A stretch of 63,880 nucleotides of DNA, filler included, from Octopus bimaculoides (GCF_001194135.2; 7 parts of 7 records of this genome joined end to end with filler, not necessarily neighbours in it); one strand, 5' to 3'; shown: positions 49,054 through 61,465, counted from the first letter of the whole stretch. The notes: generated from the letters alone by a model not told the origin. Made by a program: numbers and translations.

Positions 49054-50768
49054 TTTTTTTTATTACCTATGAAAGGCGGTACAAAGAATCTTCCATCAAC
49101 ATTACAACACATAAAGACAATACAAAACGACAAACACAAACTCGGGGAAATAGAAATACAAAAAGATGAAATCAGAAGAAAAACTAAAATAACGAATGGT
49201 AATATGAAAAAAAATCAAAAAATGAGAAATTGAAGTGATATTACCTGCCCCATCAAGTAACATCACTTACTTGTCTTTACACCTGTTCTCCATGATATCT
49301 ATACCATATCGTGTTTTTAGTTCTTCGTGTTCTATTTCTTTTAGCAATTTGTCCATATTATGATTCACCTTCCATACCTCAAAATCATCGAATCTTTTAA
49401 TTTTGTTTAAATGTTTTTCTGTTATTAAACATCACTAATTTCTCCATACTCGTCGTCGTTAACGTCCTCATAGACTGTATCTTCCCATTTCTCCACTATC
49501 TCATGCACTTCTTTCTCTGTCTCAAAATAAACCAATACATGCATAACAGTCAGTGGGAGGGGAAGTTTCTAAAACATTGTGCGTGGTGTCCTTTTTTTGT
49601 TTTCGTGTAGGTGGGAAATGGGTAGGTATAGTGTCTGCAGAGTGAGGGTGGGACAAAGAGGGTGTGGATGGGCATTGGTTGGGTTGGGGGTTCTGCATGT
49701 GAGAGGCCTACATTCTTCCTTTTTCTTTTCGAACTTTTCTTACTTGTTTTCCACTCATTTCCTTCATTTTCTTTTTCCGCCGGTATTGTTCCCTCATTCT
49801 CTGTTCTTTCTTGTTGTTTCTCTTGTAGTAACTGCTGTGTATGCCGTTCTTCATTTTCTTTGATTAATGGAGGGAAACTCGCTCTTATGTGGCCATTCAG
49901 GCCACATTTATAACAGCGAGGGATTCTGCCCTCCACCCACACTCTCAGACTATGTCGCCCATCGTTATCGTCTCTGCCAGTTTCTCTAGTGTTTCTCTCT
50001 CAGTTTGAATGTTCATCTCCAATGATTTCCCTCTTTAGTTGACGTGGCTTGGATAACAGACATACCTTTTCCTCACTTCCGAGGAGTACAGCCGCCGCCA
50101 CCCAAGCCGCTTCCATATCAGGCGGTATTCCTTCTACCCTGACCCTTGATGTCCTTCTTCCAAGATACATGGGTAGAAGGACTACTTTATCCGTCTTCAA
50201 CGTTTTTATGGCCATCCTCCTTGCTACCTCTTCCGATTTGAATTGTGCTACTATTATTCCAAATTTATTGCTTCGTGTAAGGAATATTACATCCTTCGTT
50301 ACTGTTCTCAACGCTTTTTCTATCGTTTCAATTTCCATGAGTTCTACTTTATTTTTTTCTGCCGCAATTACTTTATACGTAATCGTTTTCCTCTTTCCAT
50401 TTTTTCTTTTATTTTCTGTAGCGGTGACAGCTTTACTTCTCCACCCACTTTCGTTGCCATTTTCTGATAATCTATCATTTCCGTTAGGTCTACTTCACAT
50501 GTTTTAACTTCTGTTATTTTCGCAAAGCTCTTTTTCTCCTCTAGTACTTTATCTATTTTGTAGACCGTCTTTGCAAGCTCATCCTCCGAAGTTGACAAAT
50601 CTGACCCACTCAGGTCAGAAAAAAACATATTTTTGGCCATTTAGTCAAGCTAATTCTCCTTAACGCGGAGAAAAAGCACTACCGTCAAAAATCGCTGCAA
50701 AGCAGCACAAAAATTTCAAACAAACAGCAAATCACCAATAGCACGCACTGATTAGATTTTGGGATCTG
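49054..50768 (-). mobile_element. ORF1-only Tx1/L1-related unit (unit B) with 3' UTR and poly(A)
   Basis: frameshifted ORF1 from 50640 to 49267 (VVLLPMYLGRRTSRVRVEGIPP, EGRIPRCYKCGLNGHIRAS), homologous to unit C ORF1; ~205-nt T-rich UTR then AATAAAAAAAA; no ORF2 sequence. Confidence 0.85.
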
Positions 50769-50805
50769 TTTTTTTATTACCCATGCGGGCTAACATAGAG
50801 GTGAC
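50769..50805 (-). mobile_element. 3' tip of a further upstream unit (unit A), cut by an assembly spacer
   Basis: minus strand reads ..GCCCGCATGGGTAATAAAAAAA, paralleling the unit B end ..CATAGGTAATAAAAAAAA. Confidence 0.55.
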
Positions 50806-50905
50806 NNNNNNNNNNNNNNNNNNNNNNNNNNNNNNNNNNNNNNNNNNNNTTAATTAATTAANNNNNNNNNNNNNNNNNNNNNNNNNNNNNNNNNNNNNNN
50901 NNNNN
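50806..50905. other. Artificial 100-bp scaffold spacer
   Basis: 44 N + TTAATTAATTAA + 44 N. Confidence 0.97.
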
Positions 50906-50914
50906 ATTATTTAT

Positions 50915-51139
50915 TATTATTATTATTGTTCAGTAGTTTTATTTTTATAACGTGCTTTCACTTCACTACCGAGCGCAACTCTGTGCGCCTTGGGTATGTA
51001 CTGTGGTTTGCTGTGGTGCTCTTATGTTTACTGTATTGAAAGTGTTTTGCGTAGAATGTGTGCAGTACCCAGTAGTGCAATTTTCTGTATGTTATATATA
51101 TTTGTAAGTCCTGGTGTTTTTGTTATGTATTTGTCTGAA

Positions 51140-51140
<1 letters not shown>
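50915..51140 (-). mobile_element. R4/Dong-like non-LTR element 3' end in (AAT)n
   Basis: minus strand SDKYITKTPGLTNIYNIQKIALLGTAHILRKTLSIQ*, then a short UTR ending in (AAT)n; flanked by (TTA)n. Confidence 0.75.
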
Positions 51141-51181
<41 letters not shown>

Positions 51182-51182
51182 A

Positions 51183-51490
51183 GGGCGGTGAGCTGACAAA
51201 ATCATTAGCGCGCTGGACGAAATGCATAGCGCTATTTCGCGCACCGCTACATTCTGAGTTCAAATTCCGTCCGGGGTCGACTTTGCCTTTCATCCTCTCT
51301 GTGTCGATACATTAAGCACCAGTGACACACTGGGATCAATGTAATCCACTTGCCCCCTCCCCACAAATTAGAGGCCGAGGTTGACTTTGCCTGTCATTCT
51401 TTTGGGGTCGATAAATTAAGTACCAGTTACGCACTGGGGTCGGTGTAATTGACTCCTTCGCAATTTCAGGCATTGTGCCTACAGCAGACA
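51183..51490 (+). mobile_element. tRNA-derived SINE family C with duplicated core
   Basis: ggcggtgagctgac head; core ggtcgactttgcctttcatcc..gtcgataaattaagtaccag present twice; relatives at 16255-16410, 22715-22865, 43135-43235 and 56435-56635(-). Confidence 0.75.
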
Positions 51491-51499
51491 GGATTATTA

Positions 51500-51559
<60 letters not shown>

Positions 51560-51564
<5 letters not shown>

Positions 51565-52183
51565 GTTCAGTAGTTTTATTTTTATAACGTGCTTTCACTT
51601 CACTACCGAGCGCAGCTCTGTGCGCCTTGGGTATGTGCTGTGGTTTTCTGTGGTGCTCTTATGTTTACTGTATTGAAAGTGTTTTGCGTAGAATGTGTGC
51701 AGTACCCAGTAGTGCAATTTTCTGTATGTTATTCTATATTTACATTATTTTTTTCCATATTTTATATGTATGTGTTGTTGCGTTTTCGTTTTTTGGGTAG
51801 AGCACTGCTGTGAAATAGGCGTATAGTATCGAAATGTATTCCTCACGTGTCCATTTATGCCGTTTTGGTTTTGTTTGCGGGACATGAGGAACAACGTCCG
51901 GTCCTTTATTTTGACAGTCATCGTTTTCGTAGGGTACCGGTTCATTTATTTCTGTTGTCAGATTGTTTTGCACGTTCAGATCTTCGTATTTTTTTCGTAA
52001 CAAGCTTACAGTACGCACTTCTCGGTTGTTATTCGTGGGTGTAATAATACCGGTGTTTTAATAATACCGGTGTTTGTAATAATACCGGTGTTTTAATAAT
52101 ACCGGTGTTTGTTATAATACCGGTGTTTTATGTAATAATACCGGTGTTTTATAATAATGCCGGTGTTTGTAATAATACCGGTG

Positions 52184-52190
<7 letters not shown>
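51560..52190 (-). mobile_element. Internally deleted R4/Dong-like element in (AAT)n
   Basis: N-terminal RHKWTREEYISILYAYFTAVLYP..TYKIW fused near 51735 to the same IQKIALLGTAHILRK 3' end seen at 50915-51140; (TTA)n on both sides. Confidence 0.7.
52042..52188. repeat. 16-21-bp minisatellite with ACCGGT core, eight copies
   Basis: aataccggtgttt(t/g)..t units, one with GCCGGT. Confidence 0.9.
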
Positions 52191-52237
<47 letters not shown>

Positions 52238-52386
52238 CATTATTATTATTATTATTATTATCTTTCTAAAAATCCAATCTCTTACTGTCTTCTTTCGCTT
52301 TCCCCTATCTTTGTTTTCAACACACATATACATATTACAGAGTTATCTTGCCCCACAAATTGAATCTAACCTTATTTCATAAAACT

Positions 52387-52810
52387 GCAGAAGTGGCTGT
52401 GTGGTAAGTAGCTTGCTTACCAACCACATGGTTCCGGGTTCAGTCCAAATGCGTGGCACCTTGGGCAAGTGTCTTCTACTATAGCCTCGGGCCGACCAAA
52501 ACCTTGTGAGTGGATTTGGTAGACGGAAACTGAAAGAAGCCTGTCGTATATATGTATATATATATATATACGTATGTCTGTGTGTCTATGTTTGTGTGTC
52601 TGTTTTCGTCCCCACAACATCGCTTGACAACCGATGCTGGTGTGTTTATGTCCCCCTCAATTAGCGGTTCGGCAAAAAGAGACCGATAGAATAAGTACTA
52701 GGCTTACAAAGAATAAGTCCTGTGGTTTATTAGCTCGACTAAAGGCGGTGCTCCAGCATGGCCGCGGTCAAATGACTGAAACAAATAAAAGAGTAAGAGA
52801 GTAAAGAGAG
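52387..52810 (+). mobile_element. tRNA-derived SINE family A, near full length
   Basis: A/B-box-like head gtggctgtgtggtaag..gggttcagtcc, body ggcaccttgggcaagtgtcttctactatagc, internal (TA)/(TG) tract, tail ggtgctccagcatggccgcggtcaaatgactgaaac. Confidence 0.85.
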
Positions 52811-55800
52811 ATTAACAATACCATTAACAACAACAACAACAACAATAGCGACACAACCAGCTTAATAACAACAACTTCAATTCAGGGAACTTTTGCATAG
52901 TCTCAATGCTATTAGTTAAAACAAAAAGGAAAAGTTTTATTCCGTTACTCTGGGCACACACACTAAGGCTTATTTAGGAGAGTATGATAAATAAGTGGAG
53001 TTAAATGGGCGAATCAAGCAGGGAAAATTGAACAATCAAATGACTTAGGGAAACAAGAAAATTCGTTTTGCTATCAGGAAAACGATGATTAAAATAATAT
53101 CAACAAAAATAACAGAAATATTAGTCATATCTAAAATCCACAACCATATAAATAAAAGAGGATGTAATACAAGGATTTTAGTAAACTGTATAATCGTAGT
53201 TTTTACCGTCAATATAACCTTGATTTTACTCTGATACAGTCTTGATTTCTGCTCCAGTGTAACTATGATATTTATTCCCTTTTAGTTTTATTTTGCCTCT
53301 CTCTGTTCTTGAATTTATCCCAGTATAAACTTGATTTTTACCCAAGATTTAACTGGGTTTTTTCTCCCAGTAAACATGCATTTCCCTGTGTATGTTCTTG
53401 AGTCATGTAGTATAATGTACGGACTTCATAAATCTGAAGAAATTTGCTCTAATGTCTATCCCAGTAGAATTTGAACTGCGTCTTACAGTAGAAAATAATG
53501 AGGCTGGCAGTGAAATGAACGCCGTCAATCATTTACTTTGGCCCTCGTCCAATTCTAATTTTTCTTGCATAGACAAACATGACAGCTGAAGTTCTAGAGC
53601 AACAGCAGTCGAAATTATTTTTTGTAGTGTTTATGTTCTTCACTTTGCCAAAGATTCTCTGCCTACAAAACGTGAAGCGGTTCCAAAAGACAGATTACCT
53701 ATAATCCACGTGCAGTGAATGAAACGAAAACTGTATAATATCGCACTTGAAAAATCACTTGATCTTTAAGGAAAAGCGGCCGCTTTTGTCAAACCATTCG
53801 ACTTTGTTGTTGTGACTCTAATTCGAACTATGAACATCTAGTGTTGAATGACAGAATTTATTTCAGACTACACAACGTATATAACTTTTGGGTTCAGTCC
53901 TACTATGTGGTAACTTTTCCTACTATAGATCCAAACTGACAAAACCCTATGAGGGGGATTAGTCGATGTATAAACTGAAAGTAGTCCGTCGCACCCTGGG
54001 TAAGTATCTTCTATTATAGCCTTTGGACTGACCAAAGCCTCGTGAGTGGATTTGGTAGACGGAGACTGAAAGAAGCCCGTCGTATGTATACACATACATA
54101 ATATGAATGATATATAAATATATGCATATATATACATATATGTACATACCTACATATATATGTATATATACATGCATACATGGGTACAGGACATAAAAAA
54201 GGTAGACAAAATGAGAAACAAGAATATAAAAAATAAAAACAGAAAATAAACATTTTTTCGAACAACGAAAGAAACACATGAACAGAGAAACGAGACAGGC
54301 AACATAAAGAACATTTCCTTCATCAGTTGTCCCCTGTTTTATCTACTCCACGTATCCAGAGATGTTCAGTACAGAAAACACTTAATAGTGCTCAGATCAT
54401 TTGAACTTTGACTCCGAAATCTTTTACGAGGACTAAGAAACACACTTGGGCTTGATATATAAAATATACATACATGCATATATTCACGTAAAGCCAACCA
54501 AAGCAATGTGATACGATTTGACAGAGAGAAACAATAACTGACCATAAACATATAGATATTTATATATTTACTTAAGAAATTTATATGGAGTACAAAAAAT
54601 ACAGAAAACTAATTTACTTGTACTCCCTGTAAGTTTGTTCTGCGAATATATAAATATCTGTTTACTTATATACGAGTGTTCATCTTCTCAATATTTTCAG
54701 TTTTTGCTTCACTCTCTCTATATCCCTGTATATATATTTACTTGTGTATATGTATGCATACATATTTATCATTGCATATAAATTCATTAGTTTCTTTTGC
54801 ATATTCTTAGTTTATGCATGTCTATGCAAATATAGTATTGGTATATCCCGTTTATGTTCATTAGAAATTAAATAAAGAATTTTGACATGTACGAATATTT
54901 ATTTCCCCCACTGTATATAGGACGGGCCTCTTTCAGTTTCCGTCTACCAAATTTACTCACAAGGCTTTGGTTCGCCCGAGGCTATAGTAGAAGACACTTG
55001 CCCTAGGTGCTACGCATATATACACATATAGCTGGTCTTATTTGGCAATTATGGTGCGTCATCTACGAGCGGAGATAATTTAACAAATTCAGAATTTATA
55101 TTCTATGGTATTCCACATATCCGAATTTGTTTATGTTGTTCAAATAGATGCCAATGGCTACTCTGAGTTATTTCCCTTAGCTCACTTTCGCATAAATTAT
55201 GCAAATTACCTAGGCGATAAACGTTTTCTACACTGCTTCGACTACAGGAGAAAAGTTCAGAAAATTGCCACACCAATGATAGTCATTGGGCCAGAAACAC
55301 GTATCCATGACTTTCTTGTTATCTTCAGGTAACAAGCATGTCTTTTTCTCCATTGACATTTGAGGGATTCTTGAATCTGGAGGATTCTGGAATCCTAGAG
55401 ATAATCTTCCTTGCTCAAGAGGAGCTGGTTTTAATCGCAATTTCAATACACCCGCAAGAAACGGGTATAAAGAATTTACGTTGTACGGTATTTGAAACAC
55501 CTGTATTCGTCTGATATAGATGTATATACGTTTGTGAGTCTGCGCACACGCGTGTGTAATACCAACATTTTCATTGCACACCAACAGCATTGAATGAATG
55601 TTTACAAGTTTTAGTTCACCCATAGCTTTGCTGGGTAATGTATATGTGTGTGTGTATGTATGTGTTTATGTAAGTGTGTGTGTTTGAGTGTGTGTATGAG
55701 TGTGTGCGTGCGCGCGCGTGTGTATGTGTGTGTCTGTATGTGAGTGTGTGTTTATTTGTGTGTCAGTGTGTGTAAGTTTGTGTGTGAATGTGTGTCTGCG

Positions 55801-56664
55801 CGAATGTGGTTGTGTGTGAGAGTGCATGTGTTCGTGTATGTTTGTGCATGCTTGTGTGTGTGTATGTGAGAGAGCGTGTGCATGTGCGCGTGTGTGTTTG
55901 TGTGTGTATGTGTGTCTGCGCGTGCGTGTTTGTGTGTGTGTGTGAGTGTGTGTGTGTGTGTGTAGGACAGGTTTCTACACAGAGTTGGCTTCTAAAAACT
56001 TAGCTCACACTGCATTGATCTACCTACTTATTTTGCCGAGAATGCTGGAATATAGAATAATAGTAATGGTTTCTTCACGGTGGAATATCAGGCTTTAGTT
56101 TTATATTAGACGAGAAGTTACAGTCGATTGCGTTACGCATTGATTGTATTGTAATGATTATATTTATCATGAGAAGTTAGAGAAATCAAGGCGCCAGTTG
56201 AGGGATTTGAAATCGGAATGTAGAGAGATATTTCCGTATATCTTACAATATCATAAATATAATTAGTCTAGAGTTTTATTGTCTATTCATTCTATCAATC
56301 GCAAGTAACACGATGATGAAGATGATGATGATGATGATGGCGGTAGTGGTGGTGGTGGTGATGATGATGATGATGATGATGATGATAATGATGATGATGA
56401 TGATGATGGTGATGGTGGTGGTGGTGGTGGTGGTGGTTTCAAATTTTTGCGTAAGGTTAACAACTTCGCTGGAGGAGTGGGGGTAAGTCGATTACAACGA
56501 TTCCAATGCTCAGTGGGGAATTTATTTTATCAAACCCCAGAGAGGATGAATGGCAAAGTCCACCTCAATCGAATTTGAATTCGAAACTCAGTTTGTCTGG
56601 CGCGATAACGATTCAGCCAGCTCACCACCTAATAAGAGACAGAGGACAAGGAAGAAGAAAGGCT

Positions 56665-56672
56665 GATGATGG

Positions 56673-56714
<42 letters not shown>

Positions 56715-56785
56715 CGATGATGATGATGATGACGATGACGATGATGATGACGATGATGATGATGACGATGATGACGATGATGATA

Positions 56786-56831
<46 letters not shown>

Positions 56832-56922
56832 CCATGATGATGACGATGATGCCTATGCTGATGATGCTGCTGCTGCTGCTGATGATGATGATGACGACGA
56901 TGATGATGATGAAGTTGATGAT
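56665..56922. repeat. (GAT)n microsatellite running into a spacer
   Basis: read directly. Confidence 0.95.
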
Positions 56923-57022
56923 NNNNNNNNNNNNNNNNNNNNNNNNNNNNNNNNNNNNNNNNNNNNTTAATTAATTAANNNNNNNNNNNNNNNNNNNNNN
57001 NNNNNNNNNNNNNNNNNNNNNN
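56923..57022. other. Artificial 100-bp scaffold spacer
   Basis: 44 N + TTAATTAATTAA + 44 N. Confidence 0.97.
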
Positions 57023-58204
57023 ATTTTTCTGAAAGTTATGAGGAAACAAAGTTGTGAGGGAGGAGGGGGGCAGACGTCAGAGATAGTGTGTGTGCATATG
57101 CGAGAATGAATATGTGTGCGTGAGTGTGTGTTCGTTACTCTTTTACATGTTTCAGTCATTTGACTGCGGCCATGCTGGAGTACCGCCTTTTTTTAGTCGA
57201 GCAAATCGACCCCAAGACTTATTCTTTGGAAGCCTAGTACTTATTCTATCGGTCTCTTTTTGCCGAACTGCTAAGTTACGGGGACGTAAACACACCAGCA
57301 TCGGTTGTCAAGCGAAGTTGGGGGACAAACACAGACACACAAACACATACACATGTCTACGTCTTGTTTGCAATGTCCTGTACCCAAATATGCACCTATA
57401 TATACAGGTAGACGTAGGTATGCACATACCTGTACGTATATATGCATATTCTCATTTATTATTTGTTTTACATATTTACACATATATATACATATATACG
57501 ACGGGCAATAAAAAAAATTTGGATCGTATTAAATTTATTTCTTCAAATTTTCACAAGAAATTAATAATACATTCATTTAAATTTGTGATTTTAGCCTATC
57601 GTCTGCATCAACTGCCATTAATACACACGATATCGTGATTGTCAGTCCCCGTGCGAATAACACATCCAAGATCTTTAAATTTTCTGTAGAATTGCAGGAA
57701 AGCAGTCAAATCTTCCTCAAACAACACAATAACGTTTAAAAAGAAAACAAAAACACGAAACATTGTGCCACAATACGATCGGCCTCAACCAAAATACGAC
57801 CTAAAAAACCACTATTTTCCTATTTGCAATAAGTATCAAACGCACATATATGGTGTGTATTATGTAATACTACATTTGTCAATGAAATCAATGTTTCGCT
57901 GAGGCCTAACAAAATAATTAAAGCCACAAACGTACCAAAGGAAGTGAAAAAACTCGGCGAAGAAAGATGGCTTCTCGCACCCGTGTATGAAGCTAAAAAG
58001 AATGTAACGTGTGCTGTATAAACAATCATTAAACAACTTTATTTTATTAAAAGGAGCCATTGTAATTGGAAATTGAGGAAATTTACATAAGAAATGTATA
58101 ATACGTGTAATATACTTATTTTAAATAAATGAAAATTAGCAGCGTTAGGCTGTTATTCTGACTGTTGTGTATATAATAGCTATTTTATGCCCACACTATC
58201 GGTA

Positions 58205-58277
58205 GTCCCTGTAGCGCAGGGGATAGCGCGCTGGACTTCTAATCCAGAGGTCGTGGGTTCGAATCCCACCAGGGATG
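58205..58277 (+). tRNA. tRNA-Arg (anticodon TCT), intronless
   Basis: full cloverleaf: acceptor GTCCCTG/CAGGGAT, D stem GCGC/GCGC, anticodon arm CTGGA-CTTCTAA-TCCAG, T arm GTGGG-TTCGAAT-CCCAC; T-run terminator starting at 58291. Confidence 0.93.
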
Positions 58278-58680
58278 AGGACTGCTACTATTTTTTTTTT
58301 TCTTTTCATGACTATTTAAGTTCCTCCTTTCGAATGTTATATGTTTCTATTTATTACTTGTTTTTTTTATTTGATTTCTTTCAGTTTTATTTCTTTCTAA
58401 ATGTTAATTTCAGTTCAGGAACTTGCTTTCTATATAGGTTCTTATGTATCTTTACTCTATGGAAAGTGATTTGACAACCAATTTATCGATGCCGTATTTG
58501 GAGTATAATATAGAATTTACCAAGTTTCAAAATAGAATGGCAGACAACTATATATTTATCGTCGACGAAACGTTTTTACTGTTGGATATGCGTGTACACT
58601 CACACACAGACATATATAATAATATACGGATAGATAAACATACTGACACACACATACATACAGTCAAACACTTATACATT

Positions 58681-58720
<40 letters not shown>

Positions 58721-59140
58721 ACACGCACACATATGTATATGTACGTGTGTGTGTGTGCGTGCATGTGCGTGCGTGTGTGCGTATGTGTGTCCCCCCAAAA
58801 TATAAATGCGCGAGTATGTAGTTAGGTATGTGTGCTTTTAGCCCCAACAAAACTCGGAAACGGTGAATCTTCGAGTAAAAAAAAAAAAAGAAATAAAAAA
58901 CGAGCGTCAGACTAATACATCCTTTTGTTGTTTACACCACCTGTCCTCGTCTGTTGTTTTTTTCGTACATTCTCCCATATATATATATATATATATAAAC
59001 ACACACACAGAGACAATTAGCCTGTTATTTTCTTTGATGCCATATCAGTTTTGGAGAAATTCTTGAATCTTGAGATTATCTCCCCATCTATTATGCGGAG
59101 CTGGACTCAGATGCCATTCGGTAATTATATGTCTTATGGA

Positions 59141-59442
59141 GGTGGAGACAATGTGGTAAGATGTTTGCTTCCCAACCGCATGGTTCTGGGTTCACTCCAG
59201 CTGCATGGTACCTTGGGCAAGTGTCTTCTACTATAGCTCTGGGCTGACCAAAGTCTTGTGCTTGGATTTAGTTGATGGAAACTGAAAGAAGCCCATTGTA
59301 TATGCATATATGTGTGTGCATGTGTGTGTGTGTGTGTCTTTGTGTATGTCTCCCACCACCACGTGACAACTGGTGTGTTTACATCCCTGTAACTTAGCAG
59401 TTCAGCAAAAGAGTCTGATAGAATAAGTACCAAGCTTTATAA

Positions 59443-59482
<40 letters not shown>

Positions 59483-59817
59483 GTATTGGGGCTGATTCAT
59501 TTGACAAAACTTTTTCAAGACTGTGCCCCAGTATGGCCATAGTCTAATGACTCAAACAAGAAAAAGTGAAAGAAGTAAAAAAAATAAAGATAAACAGGAG
59601 TGGCTGTGTGGTAAGTAGCTTGCTTACCAACCACATGGTTCCGGGTTCAGTCCCACTGCGTGGCACCTTGGGCAAGTGTCTTCTACTATAGCCTTGAACC
59701 GACCAAAGCCTTGTGAGTGGATTTGGTAGACGGAAACTGAAAGAAGCCCGTTGTATCTATGTATATATATATATATATATATGTATATCTGTGTATATGT
59801 TTGTGTGTCTGTTTGTC
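59141..59817 (+). mobile_element. Two adjacent SINE family A copies (59141-59585 and 59595-59817)
   Basis: same head, body and tail blocks as 52387-52810. Confidence 0.8.
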
Positions 59818-60581
59818 NNNNNNNNNNNNNNNNNNNNNNNNNNNNNNNNNNNNNNNNNNNNNNNNNNNNNNNNNNNNNNNNNNNNNNNNNNNNNNNNNNN
59901 NNNNNNNNNNNNNNNNNNNNNNNNNNNNNNNNNNNNNNNNNNNNNNNNNNNNNNNNNNNNNNNNNNNNNNNNNNNNNNNNNNNNNNNNNNNNNNNNNNNN
60001 NNNNNNNNNNNNNNNNNNNNNNNNNNNNNNNNNNNNNNNNNNNNNNNNNNNNNNNNNNNNNNNNNNNNNNNNNNNNNNNNNNNNNNNNNNNNNNNNNNNN
60101 NNNNNNNNNNNNNNNNNNNNTCAAATACTTTTTTACAAATCAGCAAGGATCATGTGAAAATATTTATTACAAGACCTCCAAGTTCAGAATGAATGACATG
60201 GGTTTTTTTTTCCATCTCTATGAATATTTTATATTCGTCAATACTAACACATGTGCGTCTGTACATATGTTGTTTTTTGAGAATATGAAGGAAAAATGGG
60301 TCAAACTATGATATAACTGTTCCGATTCCTGTCTTTTCATTTCAACACCGGAAATATTTTCTTTGTTTTTAAGGTGTTATTTTTGGCTTTTAGCAGTCCA
60401 TTAAAAAAATATATATATAATTTTTTTTTTGTTCATTTTCAATTTCATTTTGTTGATTGTTTTATTTTTTCGGTAGATTGGTTAAAATAATAAATTAGAC
60501 TTCGGTTTTAACTACATACATATTAATGACTCTTTATGATTAAACTCAACCATACACACACACAAACATATATATATATCA

Positions 60582-60612
<31 letters not shown>

Positions 60613-61465
60613 TGCATATGTATGAATGTATGCTTGAAGAGCCTGTGCACAGAGAGATGAAACTCAGACTGGCGCAACTAAAATAAAAAATAGCTCTACC
60701 ATAGTATTGAGTACTTTCTTCTGACAGTCAACACTAAATGTGTGTGTGTGTGTGTGTATATACATGTACATATATAAATAGATATGTATACATATGCACA
60801 TATACATATATATATATCCTTTTAATATATTTAGGGCAAATGCTTCTAAATGCACTCATAAAAGCTCTTATGCTTCTGTCAGTTATTCTTATCTTCCAGA
60901 GAAACCCTATGGGATGATAGGTTGGTTTTATACACATACACACACATATATGTACATATGCACCTATTCAATATGTATGTTTGGTTTTATATATATCTGT
61001 AAAAATATGTGACACTTATTTGGTAGCCATGAAAAAACTCCCAGTTTCGGATGCCGGNNNNNNNNNNNNNNNNNNNNNNNNNNNNNNNNNNNNNNNNNNN
61101 NNNNNNNNNNNNNNNNNNNNNNNNNNNNNNNNNNNNNNNNNNNNNNNNNNNNNNNNNNNNNNNNNNNNNNNNNNNNNNNNNNNNNNNNNNNNNNNNNNNN
61201 NNNNNNNNNNNNNNNNNNNNNNNNNNNNNNNNNNNNNNNNNNNNNNNNNNNNNNNNNNNNNNNNNNNNNNNNNNNNNNNNNNNNNNNNNNNNNNNNNNNN
61301 NNNNNNNNNNNNNNNNNNNNNNNNNNNNNNNNNNNNNNNNNNNNNNNNNNNNNNNNNNNNNNNNNNNNNNNNNNNNNNNNNNNNNNNNNNNNNNNNNNNN
61401 NNNNNNNNNNNNNNNNNNNNNNNNNNNNNNNNNNNNNNNNNNNNNNNNNNNATATATATATATAA

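Noticed and set aside
56506-56970. Poly-Asp / poly-Met ORFs
   Set aside because: Translation of a (GAT)n microsatellite following a SINE C fragment; no splice or start context.
57498-57750. Possible mariner-like TIR (tacgacgggcaataaaaaaatttgg)
   Set aside because: No matching opposite TIR or transposase remnant could be identified.
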